Below, in pieces: positions 1 to 9,199 of a stretch of DNA of 64,000 nucleotides. Position numbers and translations under genes: made by a program. Origin of the DNA: Candidatus Latescibacterota bacterium (GTDB taxonomy: Bacteria; Latescibacterota; UBA2968; UBA8231). Position 1 is the stretch's first letter. Each line of letters starts with the position of its first letter. Where the stretch lies: NCBI GenBank assembly GCA_965248265.1, contig CBDFJF010000002.1, positions 2,944,001 to 3,008,000 on the forward strand. Reading direction: 5' to 3'. The notes below the pieces were generated by a model that saw only the letters and a list, made by a program, of their open reading frames with translations, had not been told where the DNA came from and did no database searches.

Positions 1-1
1 G

Positions 2-967
2 GAAGACCCTGATGAGGTTGATCAGCTCACCCCCGAGGAGGTCCACGAAAAGCGTTACGAGCTGTTCCGCAACGAGCTGGTCGAGATCTTTCTGGGTGGC
101 TTCATGCACGATTGCGGATTGTGGACGGAACCCTTCAACTTCCAAGAAGGCCACGAAGTAAAAGGAGCCAAGCTCATCGCCCGCACGCAGGAAGTACACG
201 AGTTCGCTCCTGCGCTGGTCGCCATCGTGCTGTTTCACTCAGATCTGATAAGACTGGCACGAAAGAAATCGGCCGTGCGTATCACTGAGAAGCCGGAGGA
301 TCTGGAGAAGACGGCCTTCAAGAGGGAGTTCTACGACAGCGAAGAAGACGCCCAGGCGGCCATCGAACTGCGACACGGCAATTTCGAGGCGGAGGTTTTG
401 AGTGCTGAGCACTTGCGCAAGATCTTGCCGGTTGCTCTGGCCGAACACTTCATCAGCCAAACCGAGGACGTCTACACCAAGTCACCCGCGGATGTCATCG
501 GCGAACTGTGCCAGGCCGTGGGCAGTGGCCAGTTCCCCAAGTACATGGTGGTGTTGTGCAATTCGCGTGTGGAGGCGGTAGCTCCCAGGCGATCCCTGGT
601 GAAGCTGGATGGCTACATCTCCGTCATCGTCGAGGGTAAAGGCAAGGATTCACGCCGGGCACAGCGGCTCGAGGTCGATGGTTACGATGCGGGCAGCCTG
701 TTTCACGGCCGGGATCGAAACTCGCCTCACCTGATAACCCTGTTCATGCGTCGCGGTGACGGCAGCCGGGCCAAAGCCGAATACGTCAATCCACACGAAT
801 CGTCGTTGTGGGAACGGGCAGCAGGTCCAGACAGCCGCATGTACCTGCCGGCCGGGCGCTACCGCAACAACCTCTCTTTCCGTGTTACCGGGTTCATGAG
901 CGAAGAGGTGTTCGCCAAGGTGCTGGGGGAATACGAGCAGGAACTCAAACGCCGAATCGACCCATAA
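2..967 (+). CDS. HD-domain protein, 5'-truncated by the window edge
   Basis: The frame of ORF 104..967 is open back to nt 2 (EDPDEVDQL...EIFLGGFMHDCGLW). GGFMHDCG resembles the HD motif of HD/HD-GYP phosphohydrolases, followed by GHEVKGA. No GYP motif seen. Confidence 0.55.
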   Translation, partial: EDPDEVDQLTPEEVHEKRYELFRNELVEIFLGGFMHDCGLWTEPFNFQEGHEVKGAKLIARTQEVHEFAPALVAIVLFHSDLIRLARKKSAVRITEKPEDLEKTAFKREFYDSEEDAQAAIELRHGNFEAEVLSAEHLRKILPVALAEHFISQTEDVYTKSPADVIGELCQAVGSGQFPKYMVVLCNSRVEAVAPRRSLVKLDGYISVIVEGKGKDSRRAQRLEVDGYDAGSLFHGRDRNSPHLITLFMRRGDGSRAKAEYVNPHESSLWERAAGPDSRMYLPAGRYRNNLSFRVTGFMSEEVFAKVLGEYEQELKRRIDP

Positions 968-1056
968 AAAAAGTCCCCGTCGAGTAGCAGCTACTCGACG
1001 GGGAGCCCCAAGAAATCAGGATCAGAGAAGTCCTGGCGTACCTCAACTGGTCCAGT
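966..1056 (-). ncRNA. Candidate ~90-nt small RNA
   Basis: Lies between the sigma28-like promoter and the U-tailed terminator. No credible ORF. 5' hairpin CAACUG-GAC-CAGUUG. Confidence 0.3.
967..1004 (-). terminator. Intrinsic terminator hairpin, U-tract on the minus strand (possibly bidirectional)
   Basis: Perfect 14-bp stem tccccgtcgagtag/ctactcgacgggga (974-1004) next to an A7 run (966-972) that reads U7 on the minus strand. Confidence 0.75.
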
Positions 1057-1062
1057 TGTAAT

Positions 1063-1089
1063 AGATCGGCTGCAGGTGCAGGAACTTGA
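1063..1089 (-). promoter_or_regulatory. Candidate sigma28 (FliA/SigD)-type promoter
   Basis: Minus strand TCAA-N15-GCCGATCT versus consensus TAAA-N15-GCCGATAA. Confidence 0.4.
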
Positions 1090-1149
1090 GCTTTTCAACC
1101 AAGACGGCCGTATTTGCGAAGGTTGGCCATCCACCTTTTCTTGATCACG

Positions 1150-1173
1150 GAGGAGCCCGTGGACGGGCTCCTC
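1150..1173. repeat. Perfect palindrome upstream of serS
   Basis: gaggagcccgt-gg-acgggctcctc, 11-bp arms. Confidence 0.7.
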
Positions 1174-1211
1174 GGAATGCGACGGATGCTGCACAAAGCG
1201 GAGAAGGCTAG

Positions 1212-2570
1212 GTGATCGACGTCAAAGTGGTGCGAGCCAATCCAGAGGCGATGAAAGAGGCCGTGCGGGTGAGGGGGGTGGATCCTTCCGACGCCGACGT
1301 TGATCGCTGGTTGGAGTTGGACGGCAAGAGGCGACAACTCCAGGTCGAAATAGATGCGCTCAACGCCGAGAAGAAGCAGTTGGCTCAACTCGGTCGCAGC
1401 GACCCGGACGCAGCGCGCGCCCAGGGCCAACAACTGCGCGAACGTGGTCGCGAGTTGGAGCAGGACCTGGGTGTGATCAGTGAGCAAGAGCAGCGCATCA
1501 TGGACTGGTTTCCGAACTGGCCTCACCCCGACATGCCACATGGGGAAGGTGAGGAAGACAATGTAGAGGAGAGCGCCTGGGTCCCCGGTAGCGGCTACGT
1601 CGATGCCTCAAAGCTCGGTACGGGTGACAGCAGCGCCGGCAGCATGCCGGCTACGCCCGCGCACGCCGGAGACGATGAATTCACCCCGCGGGAGCATGCT
1701 GATTTCGGAGTCGATTTCGGCATCGACACCCTGCAGGGCGCGCACGTCTCCGGATCCCGCTTTGCCTACTTGCGCGGAGACGCAGCGCGGTTGCAGTACG
1801 GGCTGCAGCAGCTGCTCGCGAACGAGTTGATCAGACGGGGCTACGAAATGATGGTGCCGCCTCTGCTGGTGCGGGAACGCACCCTTTACGGCACGTCGCA
1901 CTTCCCCGAAGGACGCGACCAGGTCTACGGCATTCAAGCTGAGAACGTGGAGGAAGGGGCACAGCTGTTTCTGGTAGGCTCTTCGGAGCCTTCCAATTTC
2001 AGTTACTTCATGGACAGGATGCTGAAGGAGAGCGAATTGCCGATCCGGTTATTCGCCTATACGACCTGTTTTCGCTCGGAGGCTGGTTCCTGGGGCAGAG
2101 ACGTCAAGGGCATAAAACGAGTGCATCAATTCGACAAGATCGAGATGAACAGCGTTTGCACTGCCGAGCAATCCGAGCAGCTCTACGAGGAGTTCGGTCA
2201 GATCAACGAGTGGCTGCTGCAGACACTGCAGCTCCCATATCGCGTCGTCGACAAGTGCACGGGGGACGCAGGCTATCTTGCCAGCCACCGTCAACGCGAC
2301 CTGGAGGTCTGGCTCCCTGGAACCGGTAGTTTCATGGAGGTCATGACCGATACCAACACCACCGATTACCAGGCGCGCCGTATGAACATCCGCTACAAGG
2401 GCAACAAAGGCGGACCCAAATTCTGCCACACCGTCAACGATACCGGTTGTGCCATGGGTCGCATGATCATTTCAATCCTGGAAAATTATCAGCAAAGTGA
2501 TGGCTCAGTGAAGGTTCCAGAAGCGCTGCGTGATGTTCTCCAGAAGTATCGCTTAGGTCCTGTTTCCTGA
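1212..2570 (+). CDS. serS: Serine--tRNA ligase (divergent motifs)
   Basis: N-terminal coiled-coil arm (MIDVKVVRANPE...), class II motif 2 CFRSEAG..G...GIKRVHQFDKIE, DYQARR and C-terminal ENYQ..DGSV.VPE.LR. Confidence 0.9.
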   Translation: MIDVKVVRANPEAMKEAVRVRGVDPSDADVDRWLELDGKRRQLQVEIDALNAEKKQLAQLGRSDPDAARAQGQQLRERGRELEQDLGVISEQEQRIMDWFPNWPHPDMPHGEGEEDNVEESAWVPGSGYVDASKLGTGDSSAGSMPATPAHAGDDEFTPREHADFGVDFGIDTLQGAHVSGSRFAYLRGDAARLQYGLQQLLANELIRRGYEMMVPPLLVRERTLYGTSHFPEGRDQVYGIQAENVEEGAQLFLVGSSEPSNFSYFMDRMLKESELPIRLFAYTTCFRSEAGSWGRDVKGIKRVHQFDKIEMNSVCTAEQSEQLYEEFGQINEWLLQTLQLPYRVVDKCTGDAGYLASHRQRDLEVWLPGTGSFMEVMTDTNTTDYQARRMNIRYKGNKGGPKFCHTVNDTGCAMGRMIISILENYQQSDGSVKVPEALRDVLQKYRLGPVS

Positions 2571-2582
2571 GGGTGTGTAACT

Positions 2583-3470
2583 GTGGTTGCGAGAATACTG
2601 GATGGAATGGAATTGGCCGCTTCCCTGCGGTCGGAGATGAAGGAGGACGTGGCGCGCCTGAAGGCGGAGCATGACCTGATCCCGGGTCTCGCTGTCGTTC
2701 TGGTCGGTGACGATCCGGCGTCGATCTCCTACGTACGAGGCAAGCACAAGGCCTGCGACGAGATCGGCATCTACTCCCAGGAGGATAAGTTTGACGCGGA
2801 CCTGTCGCAGAGCGACCTAGAGGACGTCATCGCCAGGCTCAACCAGGATGATCGCATCAATGGCATTCTGGTGCAGGTGCCGCTGCCGGATGGTCTGGAT
2901 GAGGATGCGGCCATGAACGCGCTCGATCCCGACAAGGATGTCGACGGTCTCCATCCGGTCAACCTCGGCCGCCTGATGCGGCAGGAGCCCGGCTTCTGGC
3001 CCTGCACGCCCCATGGCATACAGATGATGCTCAAACGCAGTGAGATCGAGGTCGCCGGCCGGCACGTTGTCGTCGTCGGACGCAGCAGTCTCGTCGGCAG
3101 GCCGGTAGCCAACATCCTGGGGCAGAAGGCGGATGGAGCCAACGCCACGGTGACGATGTGTCACACCGGAACCCGGGACCTTGGCGCTTTTACCCGCATG
3201 GCCGACATCCTCATCGTCGTCGCCGGGAGTCCAGGTGCCATCACTTCGGACATGGTAGGTGAGGGGGCCGTCGTCATCGACGTCGGCGTCTCGCGGGTAG
3301 AAGATCCCAGTCGAAAGCGAGGCTATCGACTGGTCGGTGACGTCGATTTCGACAACGTCAAGGACAAGGCATCCGCGATCACGCCGGTGCCTGGTGGGGT
3401 TGGGCCGATGACGATTACGATGCTGCTCTACAACACCATCCTCGCCGCCAAGCGCACCCGGGGTCTATGA
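2583..3470 (+). CDS. folD: Bifunctional methylenetetrahydrofolate dehydrogenase/cyclohydrolase
   Basis: PGLAVVLVGDDPAS..YV..K, KDVDGLHP.N.G, PCTP.G, VGRS..VG.P, TPVPGGVGPMT. Confidence 0.97.
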   Translation: MVARILDGMELAASLRSEMKEDVARLKAEHDLIPGLAVVLVGDDPASISYVRGKHKACDEIGIYSQEDKFDADLSQSDLEDVIARLNQDDRINGILVQVPLPDGLDEDAAMNALDPDKDVDGLHPVNLGRLMRQEPGFWPCTPHGIQMMLKRSEIEVAGRHVVVVGRSSLVGRPVANILGQKADGANATVTMCHTGTRDLGAFTRMADILIVVAGSPGAITSDMVGEGAVVIDVGVSRVEDPSRKRGYRLVGDVDFDNVKDKASAITPVPGGVGPMTITMLLYNTILAAKRTRGL

Positions 3471-4978
3471 GTAGCGCGGTCGTTCCCATCCTGATCGGTG
3501 ATACCTGGACGGAACCTGCCGTCAGCAGTTTTACGCCCGTCCACAACCCGTGCAAGGGTGAGGTCATCGCCCGAACGCCTCACTGCAACGCCTTGGATAT
3601 CGATCTGGCCGTGCGCGTGGCCCAGGAAGCTTTTCCCGCATGGGCAGCGACGCCGGCGCCGGACCGGGCACGCGTGCTCTTCAAATACAGGGAGCTGCTG
3701 GTCCACCATGCTGATGATCTCAGCCGCATTATCGTTGAAGAAAGCGGCAAGACGCTGGCTGAGGCTGGGGGTGATCTGCAACGCGGGCTGGAAGTGGTGG
3801 AGTTCGCCTGTGGAATCGGTCATCTCAGCAAGGGCGAGACCTTGCCCGAGCTCGCTGCCGGCATCGACGGAGCGACCACCCGCGAGCCACTCGGGATCTG
3901 CGCCGGCATCACGCCATTTAATTTTCCGGCGATGGTGCCGATGTGGATGTACCCGGTGGCCATCGCCTGCGGCAATTGCTTCATCCTCAAACCAAGTGAG
4001 AAGGTCCCGCTGACGGCCAATCGCCTCGCCGAGTTGTTTGTGGAAGCGGGTTTGCCGCAAGGCGTGCTCAACGTCGTTCACGGTGGCGCGGAAGTCGTCG
4101 ACGCGATCTGCGTCCACGATGGCATTTCCGCCGTGAGCTTCGTCGGTTCATCAGCCGTGGCCAGGCACGTGTACGAACTGGCCTGCCGGCACGGCAAGCG
4201 GGTGCAGTCGGCCGGCGGCGCCAAGAACACGCTACTGGTAATGCCGGATGCGCTGGAATCAGGTATGGCCGCCGAGGCTGCAGAGCAGGACCCGACGATC
4301 CGGGCCATCATGAACTCGGCTTTTGGGTGTGCTGGTCAGCGCTGCATGGCTGGGTCGCTGATGATGGGTGTCGGTGATTCGGCTGACACCCTGCGCGACC
4401 AGGTCATCGGAGCCATGAATGGCCTGGTGACCGATGACACGCTGGACAATCCCGATGCGGGCATGGGTGCTGTCATCGATTCAAACGCAAGAGACCGTCT
4501 TTTCAAGCAGATCGACGAGGCGCAGGGACAGGGGATGGAAGTGGCGCGTGACGGCCGTGAAGGTATTCCCGATCAGGGCTTCTTCGTCGGGCCGAGTTTG
4601 CTCGATGGCGTCACGCCTCATCAACGCATCTTCACGGATGAGCTGTTCGGTCCGGTATTGGGCATGATGCGGCCGCAGAGTCTAGATGAAGCCATCGAGT
4701 GGACGAACCGGATCCCCTACGGCAACGCAGCTACCATCTTTACCCACGACGGCGGCGCGGCGCGCAAATTCGCACGCGAAGTCGAATGCGGAATGGTCGG
4801 GATTAATCTCGGTGTTCCGGCTCCCATGGCCCAGTTCTCGTTTTCGGGCTGGGACCTCTCGTTCTATGGCGACTTACACGTGCAAGGCACTGAAGGCATC
4901 ATGTTCTACACCAGGCAGAAGACGGTGTTGACCCGCTGGGGCCGCGCTGGAGGTACTTGGTTCGGTTCACGGACGTGA
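3467..4978 (+). CDS. mmsA: CoA-acylating (methyl)malonate-semialdehyde dehydrogenase, MmsA/IolA family
   Basis: ITPFNFPAMVP.W, LKPSEKVP, SFVGS, GAKN, AFGCAGQRCMA, ELFGPVL. Confidence 0.88.
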   Translation: MSSAVVPILIGDTWTEPAVSSFTPVHNPCKGEVIARTPHCNALDIDLAVRVAQEAFPAWAATPAPDRARVLFKYRELLVHHADDLSRIIVEESGKTLAEAGGDLQRGLEVVEFACGIGHLSKGETLPELAAGIDGATTREPLGICAGITPFNFPAMVPMWMYPVAIACGNCFILKPSEKVPLTANRLAELFVEAGLPQGVLNVVHGGAEVVDAICVHDGISAVSFVGSSAVARHVYELACRHGKRVQSAGGAKNTLLVMPDALESGMAAEAAEQDPTIRAIMNSAFGCAGQRCMAGSLMMGVGDSADTLRDQVIGAMNGLVTDDTLDNPDAGMGAVIDSNARDRLFKQIDEAQGQGMEVARDGREGIPDQGFFVGPSLLDGVTPHQRIFTDELFGPVLGMMRPQSLDEAIEWTNRIPYGNAATIFTHDGGAARKFAREVECGMVGINLGVPAPMAQFSFSGWDLSFYGDLHVQGTEGIMFYTRQKTVLTRWGRAGGTWFGSRT

Positions 4979-4987
4979 CCGTCGTTC

Positions 4988-6850
4988 ATGGTTCGAACTG
5001 CACTTGACCCCCTCTGTACTCGAGCGCCTGAGGCTACCTACCACATCTGCGGCCACATCGGGGAATACCTCGAGGCCGTGACCGAGCAATGGCTCAAGTC
5101 GGCGCCCCACGCCAATCCTGCCATGCTCGAGATGTTCCGCGACCGTGACCGGCAGCCGAGGCGAAACCTGCTGCCCTGGTCGGGTGAATTCGCCGGCAAG
5201 CATCTCACCGCTTCCGTGCAGCTGCTGAGATTGAGACCCGACGAATCTCTCCGTGTGGAAATCGCCGAGTTCGTTCTTCAACTCGTCCAGTTGCAGGACG
5301 CCGACGGTTATCTCGGCCCCTTCCCGGCGGATTGTCGACTCACGGGCACGGCCCCGAATATCGGCAAGAAGGCGGGCACCTGGGACGCCTGGGGCCACTA
5401 CCACATCATGCTGGGACTGATGCTGTGGCATGATGACACCGATGACCGCAAGGCGCTCAGCTGCGCTACCCGTATCGGTGATCTGATCTGCCGCAAGTTC
5501 CTCAGGAGCCGGAAAGGCAAACGCCTCGTCGACACTGGCAGTACGGAGAAGAATCTGGCTGTCATTCATTCGCTGTGCCTCCTCTACCGCAAGTCAGGAG
5601 AGCAACGTTATCTGGATATGGCCTTCCGCATCACTCGGGAGTTCGCGGCCTGTGATCGAGGGGTGCCGCTGGCCGGCGACTACGTCGGCGCCGCCCTGAG
5701 CGGCCTCGAGTTCTTCGAGAGCCCCAAGCCGCGCTGGGAGAGCCTGCACCCCATCATGGGAATGCTGGAGCTATACTGGTTGACGGGTCAGGAGCCGTTC
5801 CGGGCTGCGTTCGAGCATTGGTGGTGGAGCATCGTCAAGCTGGACCGCCACAACAACGGCGGCTTCACCTCAGCGGAAAGGGCCCAGGGCAATCCCTATC
5901 ACCAGGGGGCTATCGAGACCTGCTGCACGATTGCCTGGATCGCCATGAGCGTGGAGATGCTCAGACTCACCGGCGATTCCAGGGTGGCGGATGAGATCGA
6001 ACTTTCGACACTCAATTCCGTGATCGGTCTCCATTCCAGTTCAGGCCGATGGGTCACTTACAACACGCCCATGGATGGGGTGCGCAAAGCCAGTGCCCAT
6101 GACATCGTCTTTCAGGCTCGGGAGGGCAGTCCGGAGCTGAATTGCTGTAGCGTGAATGGTCCGCGTGGCCTGGGAATGATCAGTGACTGGGCCCTGATGG
6201 CGGATGATGACGGATTGTTGCTCAACTGGTATGGACCATCCAGTGTGAGTGCGGTTGTTGCCGGCAGCCGGGTAACGCTGAGGCAGGATACGGAGTATCC
6301 GAGAAAAGGCCGGGTCGTGGTACGAGTGAACCCGGTCAAACCAACGCGATTTTCTCTCAAACTGCGTATCCCCTACTGGTCTGAAGGCACACGGGTTCAG
6401 CTGAACGGACAATCCTTGGATGCCACGACCGTCGAACCAGGTCGCTATCTCGTCGTCGACAGACAATGGCGTCGCGGCGATGTCGTCGTTCTCGAGTTCG
6501 GATTTCAGCTACGACACTGGGTTGGCGAGAAGGAGTGCCGCGGTCGCAGCTCGCTCTATCGCGGACCTGTTTTGCTGACTTATGACAGACGGTTTAATGA
6601 ATTGGACCCCAATCAGTTACCGTCGTTGGACGCAGCTACTCTCAAGCCCAGGTTGGTGTCATCTCAAAACGCAAATGACGCCATCGTTCTGGTTGATTGC
6701 GCAGACGCATCTGGAGCGCGGCTTCGTCTTTGTGACTTTGGCAGCGCCGGCGAGGGCGGCTCACCGTATCTTTCCTGGCTGCCAATGAGCAACACACGCA
6801 AGACGCGCTTCTCGCGGGCAAATCCGCTACGCGGCGGACGGCTGCGCTGA
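4988..6850 (+). CDS. Glycoside hydrolase family 127-like (beta-L-arabinofuranosidase-like) protein
   Basis: Zn/Cys motifs ETCC and NCC, WSGEFAGK, QDADGYLG, beta-sandwich tail with TEYP..G, LRIPYW and RGPV. Confidence 0.8.
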   Translation: MVRTALDPLCTRAPEATYHICGHIGEYLEAVTEQWLKSAPHANPAMLEMFRDRDRQPRRNLLPWSGEFAGKHLTASVQLLRLRPDESLRVEIAEFVLQLVQLQDADGYLGPFPADCRLTGTAPNIGKKAGTWDAWGHYHIMLGLMLWHDDTDDRKALSCATRIGDLICRKFLRSRKGKRLVDTGSTEKNLAVIHSLCLLYRKSGEQRYLDMAFRITREFAACDRGVPLAGDYVGAALSGLEFFESPKPRWESLHPIMGMLELYWLTGQEPFRAAFEHWWWSIVKLDRHNNGGFTSAERAQGNPYHQGAIETCCTIAWIAMSVEMLRLTGDSRVADEIELSTLNSVIGLHSSSGRWVTYNTPMDGVRKASAHDIVFQAREGSPELNCCSVNGPRGLGMISDWALMADDDGLLLNWYGPSSVSAVVAGSRVTLRQDTEYPRKGRVVVRVNPVKPTRFSLKLRIPYWSEGTRVQLNGQSLDATTVEPGRYLVVDRQWRRGDVVVLEFGFQLRHWVGEKECRGRSSLYRGPVLLTYDRRFNELDPNQLPSLDAATLKPRLVSSQNANDAIVLVDCADASGARLRLCDFGSAGEGGSPYLSWLPMSNTRKTRFSRANPLRGGRLR

Positions 6851-6895
6851 ATTGGCGCACCGATGTATCGTCACCGTTTCCGGAGAATGACCTGA

Positions 6896-7708
6896 ATGAA
6901 ATACCGCTTCGCTGAGATGATCTGGAACGAGATCAGGGATGCGGCAGCCCAGGACCGGGTTGCCGTGTTACCGGTGGCCACCTACGAGGATCACGGCCCG
7001 CATCTTCCCGTAGACACGGACGTCGTCCTGTGTACGGGTATCTGCGAGCGTGCTGTTTCCCGGATTTCCTCAGAGGCCGTACTGGCACCACCGGTGCCGC
7101 ATGGCTACAGCCCGCATCACATGGACTTTCACGGCACCCTGACCATAGAGTGGGATACCTTCATCCGTTACGTGAAGGACGTCTGCTGCAGCCTGGCGCA
7201 TCACGGCTTCAAGCGCATCCTCGTCGTCAACGGACATGGCAGCAACACCTCGCCCCTGGACATGTCCGCCAGACTGACGGTGGTCGAGTACGGGAGCCGC
7301 GTTCTGTGTGCATCCGTCAACCATTGGGACGTGCGAAAAGCCAAGACTGAAGGGGCCAAACTGCGCGACAGCGACTACGGCGGTACCTCACACGCCGGTG
7401 AGTACGAGACCTCCCTCTACCTGGCACTCAAGCCCGACCTGGTAGAGATGGACAAGGCCGTCGACGAGCGCTCGCCGATGTCGCCCAGCTTCAAGACCGA
7501 CCTTCTCGCCGGGGCTCATCCGGAGGGCTCGGTCGCGCGCCTGATCCCGTATTGGAGCGCGCAGACGGCCAGCGGTGTGATGGGGGATGCGACGAAAGCC
7601 ACCGTGGAAAAAGGCGAGCAGTTCCTGGAAGCGGCTGTTACCGGGTTGGTCGAACTCATTCAGGAACTCAAGGCACAGCCGATCCTGCCACGACGAGATC
7701 AGCATTGA
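6896..7708 (+). CDS. Creatininase/MftE-family amidohydrolase
   Basis: EDHGPHLP..TD, GYSPHH..F.GT, NGHGSN, HAGEYETS. Confidence 0.9.
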   Translation: MKYRFAEMIWNEIRDAAAQDRVAVLPVATYEDHGPHLPVDTDVVLCTGICERAVSRISSEAVLAPPVPHGYSPHHMDFHGTLTIEWDTFIRYVKDVCCSLAHHGFKRILVVNGHGSNTSPLDMSARLTVVEYGSRVLCASVNHWDVRKAKTEGAKLRDSDYGGTSHAGEYETSLYLALKPDLVEMDKAVDERSPMSPSFKTDLLAGAHPEGSVARLIPYWSAQTASGVMGDATKATVEKGEQFLEAAVTGLVELIQELKAQPILPRRDQH

Positions 7709-8367
7709 AGCGCACACCTGAGCCCGAATTGATGGATGGAGAGGATCAGGCTCGAGCCTACGCCCAGGCCGATTTCTCTGAGCCCCACGATCATTTCATC
7801 CAGCTGCTGAGCGAAACATTCTCTGATTTGCCGGATGTGGGGACGGCGCTGGATCTGGGCTGTGGCCCCGGAGATATCTCGCTGCGTTTCGCGCGCGCCT
7901 TCCAGGGCTGGACCGTCCACGGGCTGGATGGCTCTCGCGCCATGCTGCGACACGGTTATGAAGCGGTGGCCCAGGCCGGACTGGAGGAGCGCGTCGTGCT
8001 GGTGAAGAGCTACCTTCCAGAGGGCGAAGCGCCAGCAGAGCAGTACGACCTGGTATTCTCGAACAGCCTGCTACATCACCTGCCCAAGGCTGAGATCTTA
8101 TGGCAGGCTGTCAAGCGCTGGGCTGCCCCCACAGCTCCAGTATTCGTGATGGATCTGCTGCGGCCCAGTGATGCGGCTCAAGCTCGCAAGCTGGTCCGGG
8201 CACAGGTCGGCTACGAGCCGGAGGTACTGCAACAGGATTTCCACAACTCTCTGCTGGCCGCCTATTCCATCGATGAAGTGGAGGGGCAACTGGTGCAGGC
8301 TGAGCTGTCGCAGCTGAACGTCAGGCAAGTCAGTGACCGGCACCTGACGGCCAGCGGTCAGATTTAG
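7705..8367 (+). CDS. Class I SAM-dependent methyltransferase
   Basis: Likely TTG start overlapping the upstream stop (MKRTPEPELMD). LDLGCGPG, SNSLLHHL, DL.RP. Confidence 0.85.
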   Translation: MKRTPEPELMDGEDQARAYAQADFSEPHDHFIQLLSETFSDLPDVGTALDLGCGPGDISLRFARAFQGWTVHGLDGSRAMLRHGYEAVAQAGLEERVVLVKSYLPEGEAPAEQYDLVFSNSLLHHLPKAEILWQAVKRWAAPTAPVFVMDLLRPSDAAQARKLVRAQVGYEPEVLQQDFHNSLLAAYSIDEVEGQLVQAELSQLNVRQVSDRHLTASGQI

Positions 8368-8390
8368 AGGAACCGCTTCGAAAGGATTTC

Positions 8391-9194
8391 ATGAGCACAC
8401 AGAACGTCTCTTTTTCTTTGTTCACGAAGATGTGGAAGGACAAGTCCATAGAAGAACTGGCGGAATTCGTCAGCGCGATGGGGTTCGATGGCATCGAGCT
8501 TCCGGTGCGGGTCGGCTATCCGGTCGAGCCGGACACGGTGGCGACATCGCTGCCGGCTGCGGCCCGTCAGATGGCTGCAATGAATGTCCGCATCACCAGC
8601 GTGGCCGGTCCAACGGATGAGGTTACGATCGCCGCCTGCGGAGAAGCCGGTGTCCCGATCATCCGCACCTGCCCGGATATTGGCGAGGAAGGCTACCTGG
8701 CCAGCATCGAACGCCACTGGAGCGACTTCGACGCCCTGGTGCCTGTGTTGGAACAGCACGGAGTCGCCATCGGCATCCAGAACCACTGCGATGACTGGAT
8801 CTGCAATGCCATGGGCGTCAAACACTTCATCGACCGCTACGACCGGCGCCAGGTCTGCGCCATTCCGTGTGCTGGCCATACGGCGTTGAATGGGGAATCG
8901 CCGCACATGGCCATCGACATCGCCTGGTCCCATCTGGTCCAGTTCAAACTCAAGAATGCCTACTGGGAGCGGACCAACGGGACTGAGGCCGAGGACGTCG
9001 AATGGCGTCCGCGCTGGACCACCGGACGTCAGGGACTGGCGTCCTGGCCCCAGTTTGTTACTGAACTCAACAAGCGTGGTTTTGATGGAGTCGTCTGCCT
9101 CGACGCCGAGTACAACGACGAAGAGGCAACGGAGCGCCTTGTCATTGAGGACCTCGCCTTTGCGCGCTCGCTTTTCGATGGGGGAGAAGGGTAG
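8391..9194 (+). CDS. Sugar phosphate isomerase/epimerase (xylose-isomerase-like TIM barrel)
   Basis: SLFTK, GFDGIEL.VR, IQNH and a C-terminal acidic metal-ligand segment (LDAEY). Confidence 0.8.
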   Translation: MSTQNVSFSLFTKMWKDKSIEELAEFVSAMGFDGIELPVRVGYPVEPDTVATSLPAAARQMAAMNVRITSVAGPTDEVTIAACGEAGVPIIRTCPDIGEEGYLASIERHWSDFDALVPVLEQHGVAIGIQNHCDDWICNAMGVKHFIDRYDRRQVCAIPCAGHTALNGESPHMAIDIAWSHLVQFKLKNAYWERTNGTEAEDVEWRPRWTTGRQGLASWPQFVTELNKRGFDGVVCLDAEYNDEEATERLVIEDLAFARSLFDGGEG

Positions 9195-9199
9195 ATGGC

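Noticed and set aside
1005-1211. T-box riboswitch upstream of serS
   Set aside because: No T-box consensus (AAGGTGGTACC-like) and no U-tailed terminator on the plus strand.
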